From: Polyangiaceae bacterium | GTDB lineage: Bacteria > Myxococcota_A > Polyangia > Polyangiales > Polyangiaceae | Length of the DNA stretch: 64,000 nt | Direction of reading: 5' to 3' | Assembly: GCA_035063585.1 (NCBI GenBank) | Contig: JAPSGB010000003.1 | Location: 160,001-224,000 of the forward strand | Shown here: positions 19,288-28,693 of the stretch, piece after piece | Position numbering within the stretch: the stretch's first letter is position 1 | How the letters are laid out: each line of letters begins with the position of its first letter | The notes under the pieces: model-generated | What the model was told of the DNA's origin: nothing | Database searches by the model: none | The model's input: only the letters and a program-made list of their open reading frames with translations | Made by a program: the position numbers and the translations under genes

Positions 19288-20436
19288 TCAGCCGTGGCCG
19301 AGCATGTATCCGAGGAAGATCCCGATGAGGAGAGCGCTCACGGCCAGGGAGATCGCGAGCGTGGCGGGGACCTGTCTTCGCGCGGGCTTCGGCCGGACGA
19401 GCTCGACCGCCAGCGGCGGGTGAGCGACCGAGGTGGGCAGTCCGATCCCGGCGCTGATCGCGGTGTCGTGCGAGTACGGTGAGGGACCGGGCGGTGGCAA
19501 GCTCGAGCGCGGCGGGATGGTGTCGTCGGGGAGCAGCTCGAAGTGGTGCGCCGGCACGGGCATGGTGCCGCCGCGAGCTACCGACAAGAGCGCCTCGTCC
19601 ATCTCGGTTGCGCTCTGGAAGCGCTCGGCCTGCTCGCGCGCCAGCGCGCGCCGGAAGAAGGGGGCCCAGTGCGCGTATTGTGGAGCGACCTCCTCGATGG
19701 GTACCGGCTCCGAGATGAGCACCTGGGTGATGCGCGCGAAGTCGTTGTCGGCAGGGAAGGCGGACACGCCGGTGAGGAGCTCGTAGAACATGGCCCCGAT
19801 GCTCCACAGATCTGCGCGAAGATCGGCGTGCTTCACGTCACGGATCTGCTCCGGGCTCATGTACCCAGGGGTGCCGAGGAGCATCCCGGTGTTGGTCTTG
19901 CGCGCGGCTCCGCCTGCGACGTCGATCACGCGTGAGAGGCCAAAATCGAGGACCTTGACCTCCACCCCACCCGTCTCGGTCCGGACTAGATAGACGTTGT
20001 CGGGCTTGAGATCCCGGTGAAGGACCCCGACCGCGTGCGCCGCCGCGATGGCGACCAGGACCGAGTGGATGATGGGGGCGGCTTGCTCGACCGGGAGCCG
20101 CCCGCTTCGCATCCGCTCCGAGAGCGGTTGTCCTCGAAGGAGCTCCATCACAAGGTATGGCGTGCCGTCCTCGGCACGCTCGCCAGCGAAGACCTTGGCG
20201 ACGCCCGCGTGCGCGATGCGCGCGCCTGCCTGCGCTTCCACCAGGAATCGCTCGACCACCTCCGGCTCGTCGCAGAACTCGCGCCGGAGGAGCTTCACCG
20301 CGACCCGCCCGTCTCCGCGCAGATCCTGCGCTTCATAGACCAAGCCGAGCCCGCCCGCGCCGATCGAGCGGAGCAGCTTCCATCGCTGGTTCAGGATGGC
20401 GCCGACCAGGGCCTCGGGTCGATCGAAGGCGGGCAT
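19288..20436 (-). CDS. Ser/Thr protein kinase with C-terminal TM anchor
   Basis: IGAGGLGLVY, VAVK, HRDLKPDN, DFG, GTPGYMSPE; terminal hydrophobic helix. Confidence 0.95.
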   Translation of the reverse strand: MPAFDRPEALVGAILNQRWKLLRSIGAGGLGLVYEAQDLRGDGRVAVKLLRREFCDEPEVVERFLVEAQAGARIAHAGVAKVFAGERAEDGTPYLVMELLRGQPLSERMRSGRLPVEQAAPIIHSVLVAIAAAHAVGVLHRDLKPDNVYLVRTETGGVEVKVLDFGLSRVIDVAGGAARKTNTGMLLGTPGYMSPEQIRDVKHADLRADLWSIGAMFYELLTGVSAFPADNDFARITQVLISEPVPIEEVAPQYAHWAPFFRRALAREQAERFQSATEMDEALLSVARGGTMPVPAHHFELLPDDTIPPRSSLPPPGPSPYSHDTAISAGIGLPTSVAHPPLAVELVRPKPARRQVPATLAISLAVSALLIGIFLGYMLGHG

Positions 20437-20455
20437 CGCTCGGCTACGCGGTCGG

Positions 20456-21595
20456 TCAGTGACAGCAGTAGGTCACCGCGCCCTGGACACTCACCTGTCC
20501 CGCAGGCGCGCCGCCGCTCGGCGTGCACCTGCCGCCTGCCGACGAAGCGATCAACTCGGCTGACCAGCTGCCAGTGTCGAGTAGCTTGCTTGCGTTCGTG
20601 CAGGTCCCCGCGCTGCCCGAGATGGGGTCGTCACCGCCGATGGCCGGCGTATCGCAGGCGTTCCCGTCCCAAAACCTGATGCCTCCGCCGGTGCAGCTCG
20701 TCACCGGCGCGCAGGCGCAGGCTGCGCAGCTCCGCTCGTCGTCGCCCCCCGTGTAGGTCATGACGCGGACGCTCGTGAAGTCGTTCGGGCAGGGGTTATC
20801 GCCGTCCTTGCGAACGCAGACGTAGCCGACGTAAGGCGCCTCTCCACCTCGAATGCAGGACTGCCCGTTCGGGCAAGTGCCGGTCGTCACCGGCTCGTCG
20901 CAGACGTCGGTCAGCCCGCGGAACATCGGGTTCGAGAAGGTGGAGGTGGAGGGCGGGCAGCTCCCGGCGGCCGTCACCACGCCGGGCGTCGGGATGCAGG
21001 AGAGCTTGCTCGGGTTGTCCTTCTTGTGACACTTGCCGTCGGCCCAGATCGAGGTCCAGTCGGACAGGTTGGCCGCGGTGCACGAGGTGTCTGCTGTCGA
21101 ACATGCGACCGTCGGCAGGCCGCAGCTCGCGTTCTCGAGGGTGCCGCACGTGCACGGTGAGCAGGCGGCGTCCGTTGGCGAAGTGAAGAAGCGCTCCGGC
21201 GTGGAGCCGTCCGCGCACTTCGGCCCTGCCTCCGGCTCGTCGACGTTATCCTGCCCGTGGAGCCGATAGTAGCCGCTCCAACCACTCGGCACGCTCGGGA
21301 CGCAGGTGCGCTCGTCTCCGCACGCCGCTCCGGTGTCACCGGCGGAGCCGCCGGTCGATGCGTCACCCGCCCCGCCCGCCTGACCCCCCGAGCCGCTCAT
21401 CCCGCTCGCGCCGGCCGAGCCGCCCGAGGCCGTCTGGCCGCTGACGCCACCGCCTCCGCCCGTCCCTCCGAGCGAGCCGCCAGCGTCGTCCCGCTCTGCG
21501 GCGCCTTGCCCCTCGGTGTTCACTGAGCAGCCAACGGCGGCGCTGAGCCCAACCACGAGCGAGACCCATGAGATGCGGGAGAGGTGACCTAGCAT
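20456..21595 (-). CDS. Cys-rich lipoprotein with Gly/Ser-rich linker
   Basis: Lipobox AAVGC; GGTGG/GGSAG linker; internally duplicated CxxCxC-containing Cys-rich module; ends TYCCH. Confidence 0.8.
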   Translation of the reverse strand: MLGHLSRISWVSLVVGLSAAVGCSVNTEGQGAAERDDAGGSLGGTGGGGGVSGQTASGGSAGASGMSGSGGQAGGAGDASTGGSAGDTGAACGDERTCVPSVPSGWSGYYRLHGQDNVDEPEAGPKCADGSTPERFFTSPTDAACSPCTCGTLENASCGLPTVACSTADTSCTAANLSDWTSIWADGKCHKKDNPSKLSCIPTPGVVTAAGSCPPSTSTFSNPMFRGLTDVCDEPVTTGTCPNGQSCIRGGEAPYVGYVCVRKDGDNPCPNDFTSVRVMTYTGGDDERSCAACACAPVTSCTGGGIRFWDGNACDTPAIGGDDPISGSAGTCTNASKLLDTGSWSAELIASSAGGRCTPSGGAPAGQVSVQGAVTYCCH

Positions 21596-21650
21596 CCGGC
21601 GTTCACGTTAGCACACGTGTTCGGCCGGGCTCCAGCCGAGCCAGCGCGCG

Positions 21651-22064
21651 TCACCTGGCGCTTCTCGGTCCGCTCGACCGCTCCGCCGCGCACCGGCCCT
21701 CGAGGCACGAACACCGACCGCCGCAGTCCAGGGTCCCGCCTCGGCAATCCATCGTGCACATCATCCCCGCGCACGACGGCGCCGCGCCGCGGGCCACGCA
21801 GGCGGTCGCGTGGCAGCAGGATGCCGGGACGCAGTCTGCGTCGCTCTCGCAGGCGTCGGTGCCGCTCACGGGCTGCCCGGGCGCGGGCTGTCGAGGCCGC
21901 GGTCCAGCCTGCCGGGGAGGGGACGCCGGCGACGCAGGCGTCGTGGCGGCGGGAGGCGGGCTCGCCGGGATCACGACGCCCGGCCGCCCGGCGGGAGCAG
22001 CTTCGGGGCCGCACGCCGCGGCGAGCACGAGCGAGGTGCCGATGACCGCGAGCCTTCCGTCCAT
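21651..22064 (-). CDS. Small lipoprotein with 12-Cys domain
   Basis: ATG22064 MDGRLAVIGTSLVLAAAC lipobox; Pro-rich linker; CESDADCVPASCCHATAC...CSCLEGRC. Confidence 0.75.
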   Translation of the reverse strand: MDGRLAVIGTSLVLAAACGPEAAPAGRPGVVIPASPPPAATTPASPASPPRQAGPRPRQPAPGQPVSGTDACESDADCVPASCCHATACVARGAAPSCAGMMCTMDCRGGTLDCGGRCSCLEGRCAAERSSGPRSAR

Positions 22065-22122
22065 CCGTGGAGCTTGCACGCGCTGGGCCTCGCGTGCACG
22101 TTTCGGCGCCGGAGCCCCCTCG

Positions 22123-23022
22123 GTGATTCGCCTCTTTGCGCTCGTGGGCGTGGTCGGCATCTCGTTCTCCGCGGTGTTCGTCCGGCTCGCGCACGTCTCG
22201 CCGTCGACCTCCGCGTTCTATCGCGGCGCCTACGCGGTGCCCATCCTCTTCGTCTGGTGGCTCCTGGTGAGACGCCGAGACCGCCGCTCGCGCTGGCTTC
22301 GCTCCCTCGCGTTCGTGGCGGGGACGTTCCTCGCGTTGGATCTCACGCTCTGGCATCGCTCCATCGACGACATCGGCGCGGGGCTCTCGACCGTCCTCAC
22401 CAACACCCAGATTGCGTTCGTCGGCTTACTCGCTTGGGCGGTGCACAAGGAGCGCCCAACGCGGGCGGCGCTCGTCATGATCCCCTTCGTGATCGCGGGG
22501 GTCGTGCTCATCTCGGGCATGGGTCGCGCGGACGCGTATGGGAGCGAGCCGCTGCGCGGCGCGCTGCTTGGCGCGCTGAGCGGGCTCGCCTACGCTGGGT
22601 TCCTCCTGATCTTTCGGCGCGCGAACCGGGTCCTGTCGCATCCGGCCGGGCCGATGCTCGACGCAACGCTCGGCATGACCGTCGGGGCGCTCGCGGGGAG
22701 CGTGTTCGATCCGCGCTTCTCTCTCGCGTTCGTGTGGCCCGCGCACGGCTGGTTGGTAGCGCTCGCGATCATCGTGCAGGTCATCGGCTGGATGTTGATC
22801 GCGATCGCGCTCCCGCGACTGCCCGCGCTCGAGACCTCCGTGCTTCTGCTGCTGCAGCCGGCTTGCGCGATGCTCTGGGGCTACCTGCTCTTCGATGAGC
22901 GCCTGGGGCCCTTGCAGCTCCTCGGCTCGACCATCGTGTTGGTCGGCGTGGCAGTGCTCAGCCTGCGCGGGAGCGTGCAGAAGGGGCCGGCGAGCCCGCC
23001 GATCGAGCTCGAGCCATCGTAG
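22123..23022 (+). CDS. DMT/EamA family transporter
   Basis: About 10 TM helices in two repeats, ISFSAVFVRL, KERP, LLLQP...FDERLG; GTG22123 after GGAG. Confidence 0.9.
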   Translation: MIRLFALVGVVGISFSAVFVRLAHVSPSTSAFYRGAYAVPILFVWWLLVRRRDRRSRWLRSLAFVAGTFLALDLTLWHRSIDDIGAGLSTVLTNTQIAFVGLLAWAVHKERPTRAALVMIPFVIAGVVLISGMGRADAYGSEPLRGALLGALSGLAYAGFLLIFRRANRVLSHPAGPMLDATLGMTVGALAGSVFDPRFSLAFVWPAHGWLVALAIIVQVIGWMLIAIALPRLPALETSVLLLLQPACAMLWGYLLFDERLGPLQLLGSTIVLVGVAVLSLRGSVQKGPASPPIELEPS

Positions 23023-23065
23023 CGCCCTGCTCGGGAGGCCCTGCGCCCGCTCGCGTGGATAGCAG

Positions 23066-24808
23066 TCAGAATCGGAGGTGGACCGCGGGGACCAGCACGC
23101 TCCCTCCGGCCGGCGGGAGGGGCAAGCGGGAGTAGCTCCGGCCATTCCAGGCGACCAGGCAATACCTCGGATCTTCGAGCGGCCGCGCGAAGCGAAACCG
23201 TACCTCGGTCGGGCGACCGTGAGCATCGACCTCGGCGACGATCGCCTGCACGCCGGTGAGCTGCAGGCCTTCGCCGCTGCGCATCGGGTGGCCATCGTCG
23301 CGATACACGCGGTTGAACGGCATGGCGAGGAACCCGAGCGCCGGCCGCACCGAGAGGGTGAACCCGTCGAGGCGCCGAACACGCACCGGATCGATTCCGC
23401 CGTGCATCACCAGCGCGTTCGGCGTCGACGGCCGCCCGAGGAAGCGACGTCGCGCGACCAGCGACGCGCCGGTGTAGAGATCCGGCGCGTTGACGATGAC
23501 CACGCGTTCGACTCCCGCGCCCGCGCAGGCGAACGCCTGATCGCTCATGCGGTCGATCGTGCGATCGAGCAGCATGAACCCGAGCGAGCGCACCGGGAGA
23601 AGCAGCGCGGACAACCACAGGTGGGTCAGGAGCCAGATGCCGCCGAGCGCCCTCGCGGCGCGCGGCCAGGATGCGTGGCCGACAGCCATCACGAAGCGCG
23701 CGATGAGCGCCGCGCCCCCCACGCTGCCGAGCACCAGCAGCCGATCCCCGGGGAAGGTCGCGGCGGCGGGCACGAGCGCCAGGATGGTGCCGAGCGCCCA
23801 GAACCGACCGCCCCGGTCGCTCCGGAGCCTCTCTCCGAGCATGACCACCGCGAACGACAGGAACACGAGCCCGCCCGCGACCAGGACCAGGGGCCAGCGC
23901 ATGTCGAGGAATGGCTTCAAGTCGAGGGGCGCGACGCCGAGGACTCCGAACCCGAGCTCGAGCAGGCGCAGAGGCAGGGCGCGGACGAAGGCGAGCGGGC
24001 TCGCGAGGGGATCGATGTACGCCCCCGAGCCATACGCGCCGTACCCGAGGTGCCGCGTCACGAGCGCCCAGGCGGCGACCACCGCCGTCGCTGGCAAGAG
24101 CGAGAGGGCGCGCCGCTGCCAGCGCGCTCGGTCGATGACGACCGCGTAGGCGATGAGGTAGCCCATGGCGCCGAGCGCGAGCTCGCTCGACATGAGCCCG
24201 AGGGCGAGGCAGAGCGGCGCCGCGAGCGCTCCCAGGAGCCACCCCTCTCGTCGCCAGCGATCGTGCAGGCCGAGGGAGAGCAGCGCGAAGGCGCTCGCGA
24301 CGATGGCGTTTCGATTCGACAGCCAGCCGAGCGCTGGCCCATGCCCGCTGTCCACCGCGTAGAGCACGGCCGCCAGCCCAGCGGCTCGACCGGTGCCGTC
24401 GATGCGGCGAAAGAGCCAGCCGGCGGCCGCGAGCAAGAGCGCGAACCACGCGAGCGACTGGGCGTGCATCGCGGCGGCGCTCTCCGGCCAGAGCCGATAG
24501 TCGAGGTAGTGAGTCGCGCGCGTGAGCGGGCGCCACAGCGCGATGCGCCACGTGGGCACGGTGATCCAGGGGAGCACCCCCTCGTCCTTGCCGGCGTAGT
24601 TCTGGAAGGTCGGGTCCTCGACCGGGCGAAAGGGCCGGACCAGGGTCGAGATCGGGGCGCGCGCGAGACTTCGCGCCTCGTAGTCTTCCGTCTGCCAGCC
24701 GCTCAGGAGGGATGGCGACGCCAAGACGACGCCGAGCAGGGTCGCGAGCAGGATGATGCGACGGCTCGCGAGCCATCGCCAGCGCCGAGCGTCCTCGGAC
24801 GGGAGCAC
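23066..24808 (-). CDS. Multi-pass membrane protein, GT-C (PMT/TMTC-like) glycosyltransferase candidate
   Basis: TM1 followed by acidic EDY, WRPLT motif, W-x-S-N-R, about 11 TM, soluble C-terminal domain. Confidence 0.55.
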   Translation of the reverse strand: MLPSEDARRWRWLASRRIILLATLLGVVLASPSLLSGWQTEDYEARSLARAPISTLVRPFRPVEDPTFQNYAGKDEGVLPWITVPTWRIALWRPLTRATHYLDYRLWPESAAAMHAQSLAWFALLLAAAGWLFRRIDGTGRAAGLAAVLYAVDSGHGPALGWLSNRNAIVASAFALLSLGLHDRWRREGWLLGALAAPLCLALGLMSSELALGAMGYLIAYAVVIDRARWQRRALSLLPATAVVAAWALVTRHLGYGAYGSGAYIDPLASPLAFVRALPLRLLELGFGVLGVAPLDLKPFLDMRWPLVLVAGGLVFLSFAVVMLGERLRSDRGGRFWALGTILALVPAAATFPGDRLLVLGSVGGAALIARFVMAVGHASWPRAARALGGIWLLTHLWLSALLLPVRSLGFMLLDRTIDRMSDQAFACAGAGVERVVIVNAPDLYTGASLVARRRFLGRPSTPNALVMHGGIDPVRVRRLDGFTLSVRPALGFLAMPFNRVYRDDGHPMRSGEGLQLTGVQAIVAEVDAHGRPTEVRFRFARPLEDPRYCLVAWNGRSYSRLPLPPAGGSVLVPAVHLRF

Positions 24809-24911
24809 CTCGGCATGCTACTTCACGTTCGAGGCGCTCGAATCGCCGAAGTCGCGAGTCGCGCGATGGCGGGCGACGCCGCACCCTTCCCTGGGGCATG
24901 ATGCCGCCCGT

Positions 24912-26807
24912 ATGGCCTCGGAGCCTCAGCCCTCGGCGTCGCCAGCGCCCGGAGAGTCGCGCCGAGTCATCCTGTCGCTCACGCTCATCGCGGCGTCATT
25001 CCTCGGCTACTCGTTCGCACGAGCACCGAGGCTCGACAACTACGCGCTCGGTGACGTGGGCGCGGTCGCCCATGTGAGCGCGGTCGCGGCGCGACTGGTC
25101 GACGGCGCGCGCCTCTACGATGAGGTCGCGGTTCCCGACGCGCCTGGCGCCCCGCTCGTCGTCTCGCTGATCCAGAGGCTCGCCGGCGGGCCTCGGCTCC
25201 TCCACGAGATCTGGCTCGGACAGCTCGCCGAACTCGCGCTCGGGCTCGTCGCCTTCGTGTTCGCGAGGCGGGTGGCCGGGCCGCTCTCGGCGCTCTTCGT
25301 GTTCGCGGCCAGCCTGGTCCTGCTCGAGCTCCCGGCGACCCGGAACCCTGACACCTCGCTCGCGGCGCTCCTCGCGTGGGGGAGCCTGGCCCTCGGGGCG
25401 CGCGCGCTGCGGCTCGGTGAGCCCGCGGGCGCGCCGCGCGGCGGCGCCGCGCTCGCCGCCGGCGCTTGCGCCGCCGGCGCGCTCGCCTTCGAGCAGGCGA
25501 TCGGCCTCGGCAGCCTGCTCGGGTGGGGGGGTGCGTTCGGTTACTTGAGGTGGGTTCGGCGCGGGGACGCCGTGGGCGCGCCGCGCGCCCCGCTCGCCGC
25601 GTTCGGGGTCGGGGCGCTCGTCGGGGCTGCATGCCCGCTGGTCCTGGCGCTCATCGCCCGCGGCTCGCTCGCGGGATTCGCAGAGTGCGCGATTGGAGAC
25701 TGGCTCGCGCTCCGAGACGGGCCGCTGGCGATGGCGGCGGGGCTCACCTCTTACGCCATCATGCAGCGCGGCGCGTTCCCGAGCTCGCTCGCGGCGACTT
25801 GCCTCGCGGTCGCCATCGGATGGCGCGTGATCCGGCGTGAGGGCTCGCTCCATGTCGCCAGCTCCGCTGCGCCTCGTTGCTCGCTCCGCGCCGCGACGGG
25901 CGCGGCTGCGCTCGCCAGCCTGGTGTTCGGCGTGGCGAGCGCGCTCTTCGCTACCTACGCGCGGTTGCCGCAGGGAGTCATCTCACTCGGCGCGGCGCTG
26001 TCTCTCGCGCCGGCGTTCGGGTTCGTGTTCGCGGTCGCGAGCTTCGTCATGCAGCTCCCGCGCGCAGCGAAGAGCCTCGCGCCCGAGCAGCGCCGTGCCG
26101 GCGCGAGCGTCAATGCGCTCATCCTCGCGGCGCTGGTCGAGAGCGTGTTCCTGCCGCTCTCGTTCAGCACCTTGCCGGAGGGGCGCTTCGGTTTCGCGGC
26201 GCTCACCCCGCTCGCGCTCACCTTCCTCTTCCTCTACGCGGCTCGAACCGGGTGGCGATGGCTGCCCCCGGTGGTCTTCGCGGTCACCGGGCTCGGGCTC
26301 TTCGGGCCCCACCTCGCGCGCTTGCTCGACACGGACACCCGCGTCTCCTCGGGATTTTGGGCCGGCCTCGCCGTCAACGTGCGCGGTCGAGAGCTCCTCG
26401 ACGCGGCGCGGCGGCTCGACGCGCTCGCCGCGCCCGGCGACCGGGTGCTGGTCTTGCCGGAGGACGCCGAGCTCTCGCTCCTCTTCGCGCGGCGCCGCCC
26501 CGCGCTCCGCGGAGGGAGCGTCCAGGTCGCGCGCTACCCGGCGCGGCTGGTGCCCGCCGACCTCGCCGTCCTCGAGGCGTCGCCGCCGCGCTTCATCGTC
26601 CTTTATCCTCGGCGCACGATGCTCCGAAAGGCGCTCTTCTCGCTCACGCCGGGCGGGGTAGGGGCGGACGCCTTCGCCGACGGCGCGACCGCGCTCGTCG
26701 CGCGGCGGTATCGCCTGGTCGGGCGATTTCGGGTGACGTACGTGTGGGACCAGGATGAGCTCGCCATCTTCGAGCTCAACGAAGGAGAGCGGGAGGCCCG
26801 GCCGTGA
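24912..26807 (+). CDS. Multi-pass membrane protein, GT-C-like; paralogue of the next gene
   Basis: Start ATG24912; shares PRLxN, G-x-R-x-Y-x-[DE]-x3-P-x2-PG, LLHEIWL, GSLH, GxWAG, VLVLPED, RPxLRG with 26804..28693. Confidence 0.55.
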   Translation: MASEPQPSASPAPGESRRVILSLTLIAASFLGYSFARAPRLDNYALGDVGAVAHVSAVAARLVDGARLYDEVAVPDAPGAPLVVSLIQRLAGGPRLLHEIWLGQLAELALGLVAFVFARRVAGPLSALFVFAASLVLLELPATRNPDTSLAALLAWGSLALGARALRLGEPAGAPRGGAALAAGACAAGALAFEQAIGLGSLLGWGGAFGYLRWVRRGDAVGAPRAPLAAFGVGALVGAACPLVLALIARGSLAGFAECAIGDWLALRDGPLAMAAGLTSYAIMQRGAFPSSLAATCLAVAIGWRVIRREGSLHVASSAAPRCSLRAATGAAALASLVFGVASALFATYARLPQGVISLGAALSLAPAFGFVFAVASFVMQLPRAAKSLAPEQRRAGASVNALILAALVESVFLPLSFSTLPEGRFGFAALTPLALTFLFLYAARTGWRWLPPVVFAVTGLGLFGPHLARLLDTDTRVSSGFWAGLAVNVRGRELLDAARRLDALAAPGDRVLVLPEDAELSLLFARRRPALRGGSVQVARYPARLVPADLAVLEASPPRFIVLYPRRTMLRKALFSLTPGGVGADAFADGATALVARRYRLVGRFRVTYVWDQDELAIFELNEGEREARP

Positions 26808-28693
26808 GCTCACCGGATCGCCGCGAGCGCCGGCGCGCGGGCGCGGTCCTCGTCGTGATGGTGGCGTGCTTCATGCTCTACGCGCTCACGGCGGTGCCGC
26901 GCCTCACCAACAACCACCTCTCGGACGTCGAATTCACCGGTTGGAGCGCGCCGCTCGCCGAGCGCATCCTCGCGGGTGAGCGACCCTACGAGGATTTCGT
27001 GCTGCCCATTCCGCCGGGGAGCTTCCTCGTGATCGCGCTCATGCAGAAGCTCTCCGGGCGCGTCCTCCTCTTGCACGAGATCTGGCTGAACGAGGTGATT
27101 CACCTCCTGATGGGGCTCCTCGCTTACCTCATGGCGGCGCGCTTCACGAGCCGGCGCATCGCGCTCATGGTGGCGGCCTGCACGCTGGTCACGGTCGTGC
27201 AACTGAACAAGGAGATCCCCTACGATCACACCGCGCTCTCGCTGGCTTGGGCGAGCGTGACCTCGGGGGCGGTCGCGCTCACCTCGCTCGGCCGCCGGCG
27301 GCGCGTCGCGTGGCTCGTCGCGGGGATCACCGGCGGGCTCACCATGGCGTTCAAGCAGAGCACCGGGCTCGGGGTGCTCCTCGGCTGGCTCGTCGCGTTC
27401 GGCTACCTCGCGCTCGTCGAGGCGGTCGGCGGAGCTCGCGCCGTGCTCGCGCGCGTCGCCCGCGACGCTCTCGCCTGGGGCGTCGCGGCAGGGGTCGGGC
27501 TCCTCGCGACGCTGGGCATGGTGCTCGCGCTCGGGAGCAGCTTCGGCGCGTATTTCCAGGCGGTGTTCGTCGATGGCCCGGCGCTGAAGGGCGGCACGAC
27601 GCACCTCGTCTTCGATTTGCTCCGCTATGTCGCGTACTACGACGCGTTCCCGACCACCGTGGTCTTCGCGTTCCTGATCGTGGGCGTCGCGGCTCGGGTC
27701 GCCCGTTTTCACGGGAGCCTCCACCTCGGCGACGAGCCCGCTCGCGAGGATGCGCTCACCGAGCGGCGCGCGGGCGCCATCGCCGCCGCGGTCGCGGTGG
27801 CGTTCGGGCTGGCCGTCGTGCTCTTGCGGTCGCCCATCCACCGTATCGATCCGTCCGTGGGCGTGTGGTTCGACCGCTTGAAGGTCCTGCCGATGTTCGG
27901 CTTTGCCTTCGCGTGCGCGTACCTCGTGTCTCACCTGCGGCTCCCCGGCGATGAGACCCCCGCGGCGGCGCCGCTGCGGGCCGGCCACGCGCTGAACGCG
28001 CTCTTCTTGGCCGCCCTCGTCGCGTCCTTGTTCCACAACACCTCGGCGCCCGAGTTTCGCGCCTTCTACGACAATAACCCGCTCATCCCGCTGGTGCTCC
28101 TGTCACTCTTCACGGCGCTCGCGCGGGCCCGTCTGCCGCGCTTGGAGGCGCTCTTCCTGGTCGGGATCCTCGCCTGCCTGTTCGGAAACAAGCTCGGGCG
28201 GGCCATGGCGGCCACCATCCCCATGGGAAAGAGCGGCTATTGGGCGGGGATGAAGGTGAGCCCGCGCGGCCGCACCATCGCCGAAGCCGCGCTCCGCGTC
28301 CGCGCGCTCGCCGGGCCGAGCGAGACCGTCCTCGTGCTCCCGGAGGATCTCGAGATCGCTGCGCTCATCGGGCGAGCGCGCCCGCCGCTGCGCGGCGCGA
28401 TCCTGTACGTGGATCAGTACCCCAAGCGGCTCTACGAGGGAGACCGCCGCGCGCTCCTCGAGCATCCTCCGAAGGTGATCGTCATCCACCCGCGCGAGCG
28501 GATCTTCTGGACCAACGTGTTTCGTACCTGGTCGGCCGACAGCGCGACGGAGCGTATGATCGATTTCGTCGAGCGCGAGCTCCTCCCGCGCTCCTACCGG
28601 CGCGACCAGAGCTTCGAGACCAGCTTCCTCGGCGCGCCGTCACACCTCGACATCTACGTTCGGCGAGACGATGGCGCGGCTCAGTCGCAGTAG
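26804..28693 (+). CDS. Multi-pass membrane protein, GT-C-like
   Basis: TM1 then SDVEF acidic motif, GERPYEDFVLPIPPG, FKQ, C-terminal soluble domain; GTGA overlap with the upstream stop. Confidence 0.6.
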   Translation: MSSPDRRERRRAGAVLVVMVACFMLYALTAVPRLTNNHLSDVEFTGWSAPLAERILAGERPYEDFVLPIPPGSFLVIALMQKLSGRVLLLHEIWLNEVIHLLMGLLAYLMAARFTSRRIALMVAACTLVTVVQLNKEIPYDHTALSLAWASVTSGAVALTSLGRRRRVAWLVAGITGGLTMAFKQSTGLGVLLGWLVAFGYLALVEAVGGARAVLARVARDALAWGVAAGVGLLATLGMVLALGSSFGAYFQAVFVDGPALKGGTTHLVFDLLRYVAYYDAFPTTVVFAFLIVGVAARVARFHGSLHLGDEPAREDALTERRAGAIAAAVAVAFGLAVVLLRSPIHRIDPSVGVWFDRLKVLPMFGFAFACAYLVSHLRLPGDETPAAAPLRAGHALNALFLAALVASLFHNTSAPEFRAFYDNNPLIPLVLLSLFTALARARLPRLEALFLVGILACLFGNKLGRAMAATIPMGKSGYWAGMKVSPRGRTIAEAALRVRALAGPSETVLVLPEDLEIAALIGRARPPLRGAILYVDQYPKRLYEGDRRALLEHPPKVIVIHPRERIFWTNVFRTWSADSATERMIDFVERELLPRSYRRDQSFETSFLGAPSHLDIYVRRDDGAAQSQ

